From Folioceros fuciformis (Eukaryota): a DNA stretch of 64,000 nucleotides. The position numbers were made by a program, and so were the translations under genes. Below, in pieces: positions 13,378-24,655 of the stretch; the stretch's first letter is position 1; every line of letters starts with the position of its first letter. The notes under the pieces are model-generated. The model saw only the letters and a list, made by a program, of their open reading frames with translations. It was not told where the DNA came from and ran no database searches. The stretch spans positions 1 through 64,000 of the forward strand of contig JBNGIO010005486.1 of assembly GCA_049999805.1 (NCBI GenBank). The letters are read 5' to 3'.

Positions 13378-16300
13378 CTATTCTTTCATCACCTTTTGTA
13401 AGTACTCCGTTCTCCAAAACACGAGTTGCCTTTTGGGATCAATACCCTCCAAAGTAAGAGGCTTAGCAAGGTAGCCATAGAGAATGAGCTTAGCTTGATT
13501 CTTGTCATCGATTCTCACAAGATCGATGGTCTCCTTCAAACCTATCTCGGTTTTTGGAAGACTTTTCCAAAGCGGGCGAACTCTAATCCAATCGACAAAA
13601 CCTCGCCCATGAGAAGAGAACTGTTTGTGAAGGTTATTGGCATCCTGCCAGCCCTCCTTGGTGGGTGGAAATCTCAACAACACCCTACCTCTGTGCCCGT
13701 GTTTGCCCATGATCGGAATAAATGATCCATTGCCTTTGTATCCAAGATCTGAAAAGAGAAACATACAACACAAAACATCAGAAGAACTAAATCTTCATTG
13801 GATTTCATGTTTCCACTAAGTGTATGCATCTGTACGAATGTTGACAGAAAAGCCAACCTTGAAGCATCAGACTTAGTTCGAAGTCGTTCAAGCCAATCCA
13901 ACGCTTCTTAACATGTCGAATTCGAGCATTTTCGATTATCACCATAGGAGGCCATACTATCTTCCTGTGATGATTTTTTCTAATGCCAGTTTTTGTTATC
14001 AAAGCTGCCATTACATGAAGCCACACAATCAATAGGAAACAAAAGGCTTCATAATAATAATATTTTATATTTTTTAAAACAAAATAATGGTTTCGAAAAT
14101 AAGCTCACACTCACCAGCCATATCAATAGATTTTCCTACATGGTCTAATCCCAGAACATCACATATTGCTCTAGAGTACCCACGATGTTCAGGAAGTTTA
14201 GGTGCCTTGACTGCATGTCCATGTGCTACAAGAGATGGAATATCTTCAAAGTTCTCTTTCCTGGAGTAGACATGGAACTATATGCTTAGAATGGTCAAGC
14301 AAAGGAATCGACATAAGATGTTGTTGAAAAGAATTGGACATCACACATACCTGTTTAAACTTTCACAAACATGACAAAACAAATTTGTGTTGGTCTCCAA
14401 ATCTCTTCTAGCAGAGGTGTTGTTTGTTAGAAAATTTGTGAACTCCGTAACAGCCTTTTCTTCCCTTTCGAACATGTCTTCATCATAGTCATTGGCCTCC
14501 TCTATGATCAACTTGGGTGTTTCGGGTGATTTTGGCTTGCTTTGTTCCACTGAAGATTTGTCTCTGTCTTTATATCTGTCTTGGGCATTGATTGATTTTG
14601 CAGGTGATTCAACTTGCTCTATTGACGATCCGTACAAAAAGTTAGGTTTCCATATCAAGTGCGAGTTTTTGCTCTTCAAATTCTTGTCGAAATCTACATT
14701 GTTGTGGTCAATTCTTTCGTTGTTGCTCCGACATGCTCTTTCTTGAGAAACAAGTTCAGTAGTATTAGTTACAGTTGTTGCATTGCTGCAAAGTGTGTTA
14801 TGTTGATCCACTTCTTGCAAAGTGGCATAATTTTGTTCTACTCTTTTGAATTCAAGTGAAGTATGAGATTGTTCATCAGATATGACATTATGGCAAGAAA
14901 CTTTGGCTTTTTTTTCGTAGTTTCTTTCCCTTTTATGACTTGAAGCATTTCTTGTATCACCATTGCTAGAGCAAACAACTCCATTTTCATTTGAAAGAGG
15001 CTTGAGATTGCTGTTGGCCTCCTCTTCCCATGTCTCTCTTAATCTCTTTTTTTTTTTTCTTTGTAGCTCGCAATTGAGCCCATCATGTTCATGATAATCA
15101 AAACCTTGAAGTAAGATAGTCCCATCGAATTTCTCTGTCATGCTTGACATGTTGGTGATACCCTTCTCAGGGTCCTGAGTTGTGCTTGTTATAAACCTGT
15201 TTTGCTTCTCATAATTTTTATCATAATTTTCTTTACATTTCTTCTGACCACATCTTAGCCAATTGGTGCACAAATCATGAGGACTATGTCGGTGTTGTTG
15301 GTCATTGACATGCTTTTCTACATTCTTCACACTAACATGCTCTAAGGGAGAGTAATCTGGGGATTCTACACTTGGATTTGGAATCTCAATAGAAAGTCTT
15401 TTGTACTTGTTCTTTTGTTCTAAAGTACGAGTAAACGAAGATAGATTTGGGGAATTTTCATGTTGTTGCAATCCAATGCTTTGGCTCGCATTATGTGAAG
15501 TAGGAGGTTGGACATGACAATCTCCCATGTTTTTAAAATATGTATTTTGAATAAAAGATTTGTTTTCACAATTTTGAAAATCCTTCATGGACCACAAACC
15601 TGGTTGAGGCAAGAGTTCTCCTGGACTTGGAGCTTTCAAAGTGTTTGCTTCACTAAAGAGCCAATTGTTTCCTTGACCAACTACCAAGTTACCTAAATCT
15701 GTGTTAGACTCGCCATTAGCTAATGACTTCCAAGCACCAAATGTGTTGGTTGGGTTGCTACAAAACGCTCCTTGGTAGCCTTTGTTAACTGCATCAACCT
15801 CAACAAAGTACATGGGGTGGTTATACTTTCTTTCCTCAAAATCTACAGCACTAGGATTTGAGCAAAAGTGAGGATCAACATCACTAGATTGAAAAACATT
15901 GTCAATGGACTTAGCTCTTAAGTTTTGAGGAACAAGTATGTCAGACAAACTCGAAGTATTGCAATTTAGCCCATTCGCTTGGATGATTGAAGGGTAAGCA
16001 AATGCATCATATGTTGGTGCTTTCAGTAGGCCAGGCCTCTTACTCAACAAATCCTTGTTGGCATCTAGAAAACTGTCTTGAGGGGATCTACCCACCACAC
16101 CCAAACCCGAAGTAACTTGGTTGCCATGTTTGTAAGGAAGTGCATTGTTTGGAAAGATTGAACAAAGATTTAGACCTACACTTCTCGACCCAATGTCCAT
16201 ATCACTCTTTATCAATTCAGAGTATGCATCCACATTTGAAAATGAAGTTGAGCTATATCTATTATCTAGAGGAGTCACAGGTGTGGACTTGGGGTGGATA

Positions 16301-16731
16301 TAAGATGGTATGTTTGTATCTAACCCACTTGAGACGTAATTGAATCCATGTGATTTTGAAGTTGAAGCAAGCATAGGGTTGTGACTTACACCATTTTGAG
16401 GCACTGATAAAAGTTCAGTGCCCAAAAGAGAATCATAGTTTCCCTTCCTCATTTCATTGAGATTAGAAAAGGTGGGGTTGATGATAGCACATTGAGCGAA
16501 AGAATTCCTACAAGACATGTTTTGTGTGATTGTCTTTCCTAGTATGTTTCCAACATTGTTGCCATAAACTCCATCATATGATGTGCCATTCACAATTGGA
16601 AATTCTCTCGCCTCAGGTTTTGTCATTTCACTCACTTTGAAACCAATCTGCATGTGACCATTCACTTCAATAGAAAATGGAGAAAGCCCATAGGAAGAAA
16701 ACTGTGAGTCCATCATCACATTCCTGTTCAA
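13378..16731 (-). CDS. XS-domain (SGS3-like RNA-binding) protein with a putative zinc finger and a long Asn/Ser-rich N-terminus
   Basis: A 796-codon exon ends in FCHVCESLNR. Later exons encode SLVAHGH...EHRGYSRAICDVLG, IVWPPMVIIEN, GKHGHRGRVLLRFPPTKEGWQDANNLHKQF and ILYGYLA, which are XS hallmarks. The start codon is uncertain. Confidence 0.8.
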
Positions 16732-17461
16732 TCTTCTTGAAATTGTGCAACTAGTCTCCTGAAATCAAAAGCATATTGAGTTGCTCTCTATACATAATCC
16801 ATCATATCTTGTTGCACCATGTTTGATGAGAAGAAGCTCTTAGACCTACACATCTAATTAAAGGTGAAACTAGGAGCTCAAGCCAAGCATTTTGCTATTT
16901 CTTGTCACAAAGCTCAAGTAAGAATACAAGTGTGTGCCATTGTAAAGTGGATATTTCCATGTCGTTTTTTCCATGTTATTGCAATTATTTATTTATTTAC
17001 TTTATATTTTAATATAAAATAATCCTAGGTATCAATCGTGGCTGAACTTTGCCCGTTCTTACTCCTGTTTTCGTCTTCTTTGTTAACTACACTCTTTTCA
17101 ACACGTTGCACGTTGAGAGCTCCAGTTCCATCGGTCCTCGCATTCATAGCCTGTGGTACGATGGCTCGCAACTTTCGAGCAACTCAAGTCCTCTCAGTTC
17201 TTGAAAAGAATTGCCTCGAGGCCCCACCGACACAGGTAAAACAGATGCATTTGGCAGTGGGGCACGTGAGGTGGTCTTTAAGGATATCTGGATAGGGAAT
17301 ACCGCAGCTCATGGTGACTCTTCAAGTGCTTAATGGTGGTTATTTTTCGAGACTTGCCGTCATGGGACGCCCAAAGCTTCATGGGAGCAGTGGAAGTTGG
17401 CAAGAGACTTGGCCTCGAGAGGTTTCCAATCCTCCAGTTTCCAAGGTGGACAGACAAGGAT

Positions 17462-19671
17462 TCAGCTGGCAGACAATTCAGGAAGTTCGAGCGGCTTCCA
17501 GGCTGCCAGCAAGTGGTCGGGGAAATCGGGACTCACGAATTCCTGCACCACTTCCGCCTGCAGAATCTCCTTCATTCTGGAGGAGGTGATATACCGCGGC
17601 GTCTTGTACTGGTTGCCTCCTCCCACGGACACCGCGTACTGTAGAAGCTTACCGAATGTACCTTCTTGCACGATCCGGAGCTTCAAAGGGCCGATGGTCT
17701 TGGCCACCCTGCCGCGCATGTAAGGGTTGTTGAAAGACTGGTCCAGCAACGTACAGCAGCTTTGCAGGACTTGGTGCGACAAATTTGTGCTGCTCTTGAG
17801 CTCCCAGTAGATGACGTAGCTGCCGGGCCTGGACGTCATGTCGGTATGACTGGTGAAGTCGGACAGCTCCCGGCCCGCGGTCCTCAGTTGGAGGGCGGCC
17901 TTGCCGACAACCATCATCAGCTCCGCCTCGTCCGTCTTGTCCGTGTTCACACTGAGCACCACGTTCTTTCTACATACGAACTCCACCTTCGGAGTCTGGT
18001 TGTAGAACCCTACCACCTTCACGATATCCGACATCCGGTACCTGTACAAACCTGGAGAAACAGATTGCTGTCAGACTCTTCTTTCTCTCCAACTCCAGAA
18101 CAGCAGCAGAACAAGGTTGCATCCCAACCTCCATGGCTGCTGGTGCACACCAGTTCGTAGATCTGCCCAACCTTCACATCCGCTATCCCGACAGGCGGGC
18201 CCTCCGAGTAATCAGCAGTGGCAGCGAGATGCAAATTATCTCCCGCATCTTCGTCCAATTTGAAAAGAGGGATGAACTCCAGGTAAGCCACATCGGGCGC
18301 CAAGGTGAAGACGGCGTCTTCCGGCCTATTCCTAGGGTTCAAATTCGACCCCAGCCAGGCCTCCGATGCGCCATAGTCTCCAGAAACCTGCACACGGTTC
18401 ACTGTCACACTGATCTTACCTCACCACTCCTCATTCATGCTGCAAACAGGGTTTCAATCCAAGCATTCCTCACCAAGGGCAAGTCCGGGCCGAGGTATCT
18501 CTGCAACATAGGCACGTACGGCCGCATCGCCCCCGTCACGATCGCGACAACGAACTTGGCATTCGGCCACAATCGCTTCGCGATTCCCTCCCACTCCCCG
18601 CCGGCACACTCCTCCTCCACTCTGCTCGCGGCCGAGGGATCAGGTCCACTCAGAAGCTTCTCCACAGCCGCACGAATCACCGGGTCCCGTACGCGCTCCC
18701 GGCTCACCTCCCCGGTCCTGAGATCCTCCGCCAGCTCCCGCCACGCCTGCTCCAGACACCGGAACCCTTCTACCAGCCCGTAGGCAAACAGGGAGTTCAG
18801 GCTCTGTATCTCCTGATGCAGCTTCAACCCGCACAGCAGGTGGCAGTACATGGACTCCCGGATGTCGTATCCGAGAATGACCTCGTTCGGGCTGACAGTG
18901 ACAGGCCGGTTGCCCACTTTGTCCTTCACCCTGTTCTTGAACTCGTCACTGCGAAAGAAGTGAGTGCTGTCTGTTGCGGCCACCAGCCCACCCTTGGTTG
19001 GAAACATCTTCCCGGCGTAGCTGAAGGACACACATTTGGAACCGGGCTCCAGGGGATACACCCTGCAACGCGAGGTCAGCATCAATCCATCCCCCGCCCG
19101 GGAACAATGGAATGAGTGAATTGGTTCCAGCTGAGCTCAGCTTACTCACATGTTTCTGAGAAGATCATTCCGCTGGTCCATCTTGAAGGCCGCCTCATCC
19201 TTCCCCTTCGCCGTCACAGGGATCATCCTGGACTTGCCCCCGCTCGTCCCCGAGCTGCATCACAGCAATCCGGCAAACCAGTGTTCACCGAATTCGCAGA
19301 CAACTTCCTTGGATTCGGCCGCTGCACTTGCAATGCCGTACCCATAGCCATTCGGTAGCTTACCTCAGCGTGAGCCTGGCCACCGGCTCCGTAGTCAGGA
19401 TAGGTACTTTGTCTCCGTCTATCATGCGTTGGATGTCGGCCTCGATGTCGGCATATGTGATGACAGGGACACAGGCCCTGAAAGAGGCCTCGTCTGTCCT
19501 GCCATTGAGCTGCGTGCGCCGTAGGTACTCGGCGTCGGCATTCTCCTTGAGGATCTTCTCCAGGAGCTGCCTCTGCACCTCCACAGCGTGCTTCGTGACG
19601 TGCTGCAGCGCTTCCCACACTGCCTTGTCCCCGGGCCTGAGCAACACCGGATCCTCCTCAGGGCCTGCCAT
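17462..19671 (-). CDS. GH3: GH3 acyl acid amido synthetase, paralog 1 (5 exons)
   Basis: MAGPEEDPVLLRPGDKAVW; P-loop SSGTSGGKSR; DYGASEAW; LYRYRMSD; LSVNTDKTDEAEL; QYKTPR. Four GT-AG introns and no disruption seen. Confidence 0.95.
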
Positions 19672-19852
19672 TTCCTCCTCTCTCGAGCTAATCGAGAGCT
19701 GCAAACTCCTCCTTCTACAACACACAGCAGACGGATGTTCCCGACAGCAGCCAGACGGCTAATCGTTCGTCCCACGTGTCCTGCGTCGCTGCGAGACAGC
19801 CATCTCCAATAGCACGCTGTTTCTGTTTAATGGACCAAGAATGAGACAAGAA

Positions 19853-22157
19853 TCAGACGGTGTCCGGTAGAGGCTTCCAGGAGGCCAGCAGCGCGGCAGG
19901 AAAATCAGGGCTCTGAAACTCCTGCACCAGCTCTGCGTCCAAGATGGCCAGCACCTTCGGCGAAGCTACGCAGCGGGGGGTTTTGTACTGGCTAGCCCCG
20001 CCTCCAACGCCCAGAGCAAAATCCGCCAACTTCCTGAACGATCCTTCCTTCAGGACTCGGAGCTTCAAGGGGCCAATGGTGTTGGCAACCCGGCCGCGCA
20101 TGTACGGGTTGTTGAAGGACTGGTCCAACATAGTGCAGCACTTCTGCAGCACATCCTGCCTCAAATTTGAGGTGCTCTTGAGCTCCCAGTAGATGACGTA
20201 GTTGCCGGGCCTGGATGTAATGTCGGCGTGGCTGGTGAAGTCCACCAGCTCGTTGTCCGCCTCGGTGAGAATGCGGGCTGCTTTGGCCACCACAGCCATG
20301 AGCTCGGCCTCGTCCGTCTTGTCCGTGTTAACGCTCAGCACCACGTTCTTCCTGCACACAAAAGAGACCTTGGGGGCTTGGTGGTAGAAGCCCACCACCT
20401 TCACCACGTCGGACATGCGGTATCTGTAAAGGCCTGGAAGGATGGGACACTGTCAGAGCTGCCGGGCCGACATAGGTTTGGCGGGGGAAGCTTGAGAGGA
20501 GTGGGATCACGGGGTTATTACCAGCAAAGTTGGTGAAGACAAGCTCGTAGATTTGCCCAACCTTCACATCAGCAATGCCCACAGGCGGCCCTTCCGAGTA
20601 GACTGCAGTGGAGGCAACATGGACTTCCTCTCCTTCACCTAGACGTTCGTCCAGCCTGTACAGGGGAACGAACTCCAAATACACCACGTCGGGAACCAAT
20701 GTGAAAACGCTGTCTTCTGGAGGATTCTTAGGGTTGAGGTTGGAGCCAACCCAACCCTCACTGGCACCATAGTCTCCCGAGATCTGCACGACGCCATATC
20801 CCAATTTCACCACCTTTGCTCCACAATGCATTGCTCTTTGACATCCGAACATGCAGCAAACAACGTTGGCACGGCTAGAAAGAAACAGACTTGACGAGAG
20901 CGTGACTGACCAGTGGCAGGTCGGGGCCCAAGTATCTCTGCAGCACGTGCACATAAGGAGCCATGGCTCCAGTCAGGATGCACTTGACAAACTTGGCCCT
21001 GGGCCACAGCCTGTGCACCACGCCATCCCAGGCCCCCTTCGCACACTCCTCCTCCACCCTAGCAGCAGCCTCCACATCCGGCCCGCCCAGAAGCTTCTCC
21101 ACAGCCGCACGCATGTCCTGATCCACCACACGCTTGGCACTCACCGTGCCCGTCCTCAGGTCATCCACCAGCTCCCGCCAGGCCTGCTCCAGGCACCGGA
21201 ATCCCTCAGCCAGCCCGTAGGCGAAGATGGAGTCCATGCTCTGCACCTCCTGGTACCGCTTCAGCCCACACAGAAGGTGGCAGTACATGGACTCCGGGAT
21301 GTTGTAGCCCAGAACCACCTCGTCCGGGCTGACGTAGGTGGGCGAATTCTGCACCACATTCCTGTCCCTGTTCTTGAACATTTCGCTCCGGAAGGCAATG
21401 GAGGTCCCGGCCCCGGCCTGGAGACCTCCTTTGGTGATGAAGACCTTCCCTGCGTAGCTGAAGGACAAGCTCTTGGAGCCCGGCTCCAGAGGGAAAACCC
21501 TGCCATGGATCCAAGCTCCACCCACCCCAAGGTCACCAACACCAAACGACCAAATTCAACTCCCGACGATGCTCCAACTCAAGCTACAAGTCCTCAGATT
21601 GAAGAAGGTTTTTCTGTGCATTGTTTTGTGTTTGTTTGGTTCTTAAATTTCTTTCACTCTCACTTACATGTTCCTGGCCACATCAAACCGCTTGATCATG
21701 ATGTAAGGTAAGATTCTGGTCCTGGCTGTGGCAGGCAGCATCTTCGCCTTTCCCCCGCTGGTTCCAGAGCTGCACGCAGTGCAAAAGACAGAGGTCGTCA
21801 GCACCCAACCAGAGCTGCCCCACACGATCCACCATCGCCGCACATTGCTGCCTCTCACCTCAGAGTCAAGCTGAGCACGGGGTCCGCGCACAGGATGGGC
21901 GACTTGTCTCCGTCCGCAATTCGTTGGACATCGGCCTCGATGTCCTCAAACGTGATGAGCGGCACGCAGGCCCGGAAGGAGGCTTCGTCGCTCCTGCCAT
22001 TCAGCTGCCTGCGCTGCCTCAGGTACTCCGTGTTCCCGTTCTTCTCTACGATCTCCTTCAGCAACTCCTTCTGCACCTCCACGGCATTCTGCAGCTTCTG
22101 CTGCAAGTCCTCCCACACCTCCTTGTCCCCCGGCCTCACCAGCAACTCCGTCGCCAT
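19853..22157 (-). CDS. GH3: GH3 acyl acid amido synthetase, paralog 2 (5 exons)
   Basis: MATELLVRPGDKEVW; SSGTSGGKAK; DYGASEGW; LYRYRMSD; QYKTPRC. Same four intron positions as paralog 1. An alternative in-frame ATG lies at 22226. Confidence 0.95.
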
Positions 22158-22412
22158 CGCCGCTAATCCGCGACCCAAACTCGAACTCGGAAGAAGTCTT
22201 TCAAGCCTTCCAAGGGTCTTATCCATTGCACTTGCTTGGCTTGGATTATTTTACAGGTAGAGCATCAGCTGCTAGTCTGGGACAAACCCCTACTTAGTCA
22301 CAAGCCTGGGAGACAGTGCAGAGAGAGGGTTCCAAGCAAACACGGTACGCCACCAACCGGTCCTGAAATACTGCTAGCCAGGATTTCACAAACAGAAAGA
22401 CTGGCGCAACCA

Positions 22413-24072
22413 TCATCGAATTCCTCGCCAGTAGCGTAACAATTCCGGGTCCTTGTGCAGCCGATCCATTTGATGGGGAAAGAGGCGGAGAGAAGCATCG
22501 ACGCTTCCAGGCCCGAGCATGCCCGGGTTGAGGACCAACACGAAGGGGAAGTTCTGGGTCACCTGGCGGACGCACGCAGGTTTGCCCCACCCGAAATCGC
22601 ACCCCAAACAAGGGAGCTTGTTGGATCCCATGGCAGCGGCCCCGTTTCTCGACACAATCGCATTGCTGAAGGCGTCGTGCTGCTCAGACTGCTGGATGAA
22701 GTCTGCAATCACCTCGCTTCTGATGCCCTTGGAGATGGCCTGGGGCGGACGGACGTCAGTCCCGTTCTCAAATCCATGAGCAAAGGAGGGTAAAATCATC
22801 TCACCTGGTGGATGACGGTGGCGGCGAAGGACACGGGGCTGGTGAGGAGCTCCTGGGCCGTCGCTGTAGCCACCACGTTGTAAGCCGCGTTGCCGAAGTA
22901 GTTCTGTGGGAGGAAGGGGAGACGGTCCCGGCATCCGGCTGGGATGATCATCGGCGCCTCTTCGCCTCCGGCAACGTCGCGAGCCCGGGTGATGCATCTC
23001 CAAAACAGGGCACACACGACCTGGTGAAGTGAGGAGGAGAATGTTAGACAAAGTACATGGCAGCAAGGACTATAAAGGGAACGGAGCGCCGGCCGTATGT
23101 GCTCACCTCGTAGGTAGTGAACCAGCTGGGAGAGTCATGGCCCATTTGGGAGACTCGGAGCACGTCGGCCTTCAGCTGGCTCAGTCCTTCAGGGGAGAAG
23201 CAAAAGTACGTCTCCTGGGTGGGCGGAATGAGCTTGAGCCGCGACTTGGGGACCATGCCTCCTCCATTCTTCACCTCCGTGGTGGACAAAAACTTGAAGC
23301 GCTCGGCGATGTCAGACTTCCCTGGTAGGATTGCATCGCACAGCGTCTTCAGGCCGGGAGAAGTGGAAGGATGCAATAGGGTCCGGTCGTGGAGAGGGGG
23401 ACATAGCTGTGGCTCGTTTCTGGCAATCTCTGCCCAGCATTTGACAAAGGTCCAAAACCCCGTGCCGTCTGCAACAACATGGTTGAAAGCCAGGCCCAGG
23501 GCGATTCCTCCGCATTTGAATCTTGTCACCTGCAGGATGGCGAACTTGAGCGTGCGTCACAGCTACACGTGGATATCCATTCTTCATGCCTACATTGTAC
23601 AAATTTGGATACAAGGCTTTGAGAACAATACCTGGATTGAAAGGAGGGGAAGCTTGTGATAGGTCGTGTGGTCACCCTCTGCATCCGGGGCGGCGACGAG
23701 ACTGTCAAACAGGTCATTATTAGTTTGGAACTCTGGTAGCAGGGTATCCAGGGACGAGTCTGCCTCTGCTGTCACGAATGGGATGCCTGCATCATCACAT
23801 ATCAGGGATGGCCTTGCTCCGTTTTCGGAGTCGTCTATCTCTGTCAGACGTCCTGCAAACGGATAGAAATGCACCAAGGCATCCCGCAAGCTGGACTTCA
23901 ACTTCTCAACCAAGCTAGGAAACGGGGGAGTCTCTCCTTGGGCCGGATAGAACAGCAGCCGGCGCACAAACGGAAAGTGCCACATGCGTAAGTCGAAGCA
24001 GGATAGGAAGAGGCTTTGAGAGGATGTCGGACTGGTGGGACTGATCGTCCAGGACTGCTGCATGGTCACCAT
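22413..24072 (-). CDS. BAHD acyl-CoA acyltransferase (4 exons)
   Basis: LFLSCFD; LKSSLRDALVHFYPFAGRL; conserved Q-intron 17 residues before the catalytic HVVAD (HxxxD, 23467-23481); NYFGNA; DFGWG (22584-22598). Confidence 0.95.
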
Positions 24073-24084
24073 TTCCGCTCAAAT

Positions 24085-24577
24085 CAACCCTGGGATAGAA
24101 GCCTCCTGCATCCGAAGTCCCGAGGCACAGAATGTCAGAGAGAAGTGAGACCGTATCGTACAGGAAACAGCCAAAGGTCGAACCTCTCCGAAGTGCTCAA
24201 CACCTCACAATGCTGCGCCCCATGTGAAATAGACGGGCTCCCTGGAGCCTATCTGTCACTTCCAAGAATAGCACGAAGACGCATAACGATTGACGAGGTT
24301 CATTGTATTCAAACTTGTCGTGGGAAGTGTAGCTCAACCCTGGATAGGAGCCCTCCTGCATCGGAAGTCCAGAGACACAGAATGGGAGAAGTGAGCACGT
24401 GTCTCCAGGCCAGCATCGCAAGGTGGAATCTCGTACAAGAGCTCAGCACTTAACAGTTCGACGACCCCTGTGAAATGGACGGCCTCCCTGCCTGACCAAC
24501 CCATCCGTCACTTCCAAGAATAGTAAGGTAAGGAATGACAATTGACGTGGTTACAAAATATGCATTTAAACTTGTCA
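24085..24577. repeat. Diverged ~250-bp tandem duplication filling the BAHD upstream region
   Basis: Copy A (24085-24320) and copy B (24335-24577) share CAACCCTGG..CCTCCTGCATC.GAAGTCC.GAG.CACAGAATG, TGTGAAAT.GACGG, GTCACTTCCAAGAATAG, ATTGACG and AAACTTGTC in the same order. Confidence 0.85.
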
Positions 24578-24655
24578 GAATGATGCTCCCACTCTAGTGG
24601 ACGCCCGGAGTTGTGGGCTACCTCCCACGGTCCAGCCTACATGACTGATTTTCCC

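Noticed and set aside
22157-22415. Possible BAHD-GH3 fusion protein
   Set aside because: The BAHD has a normal C-terminus and stop after DFGWG, GH3-2 has its own ATG aligned with its paralogs, and no convincing bypass splice was seen.
22413-24072. Direct orthology to the PBS3/EPS1 salicylate pathway
   Set aside because: The catalytic His is retained, unlike in EPS1, and the GH3 motifs look group I-like. At most this is an analogy.
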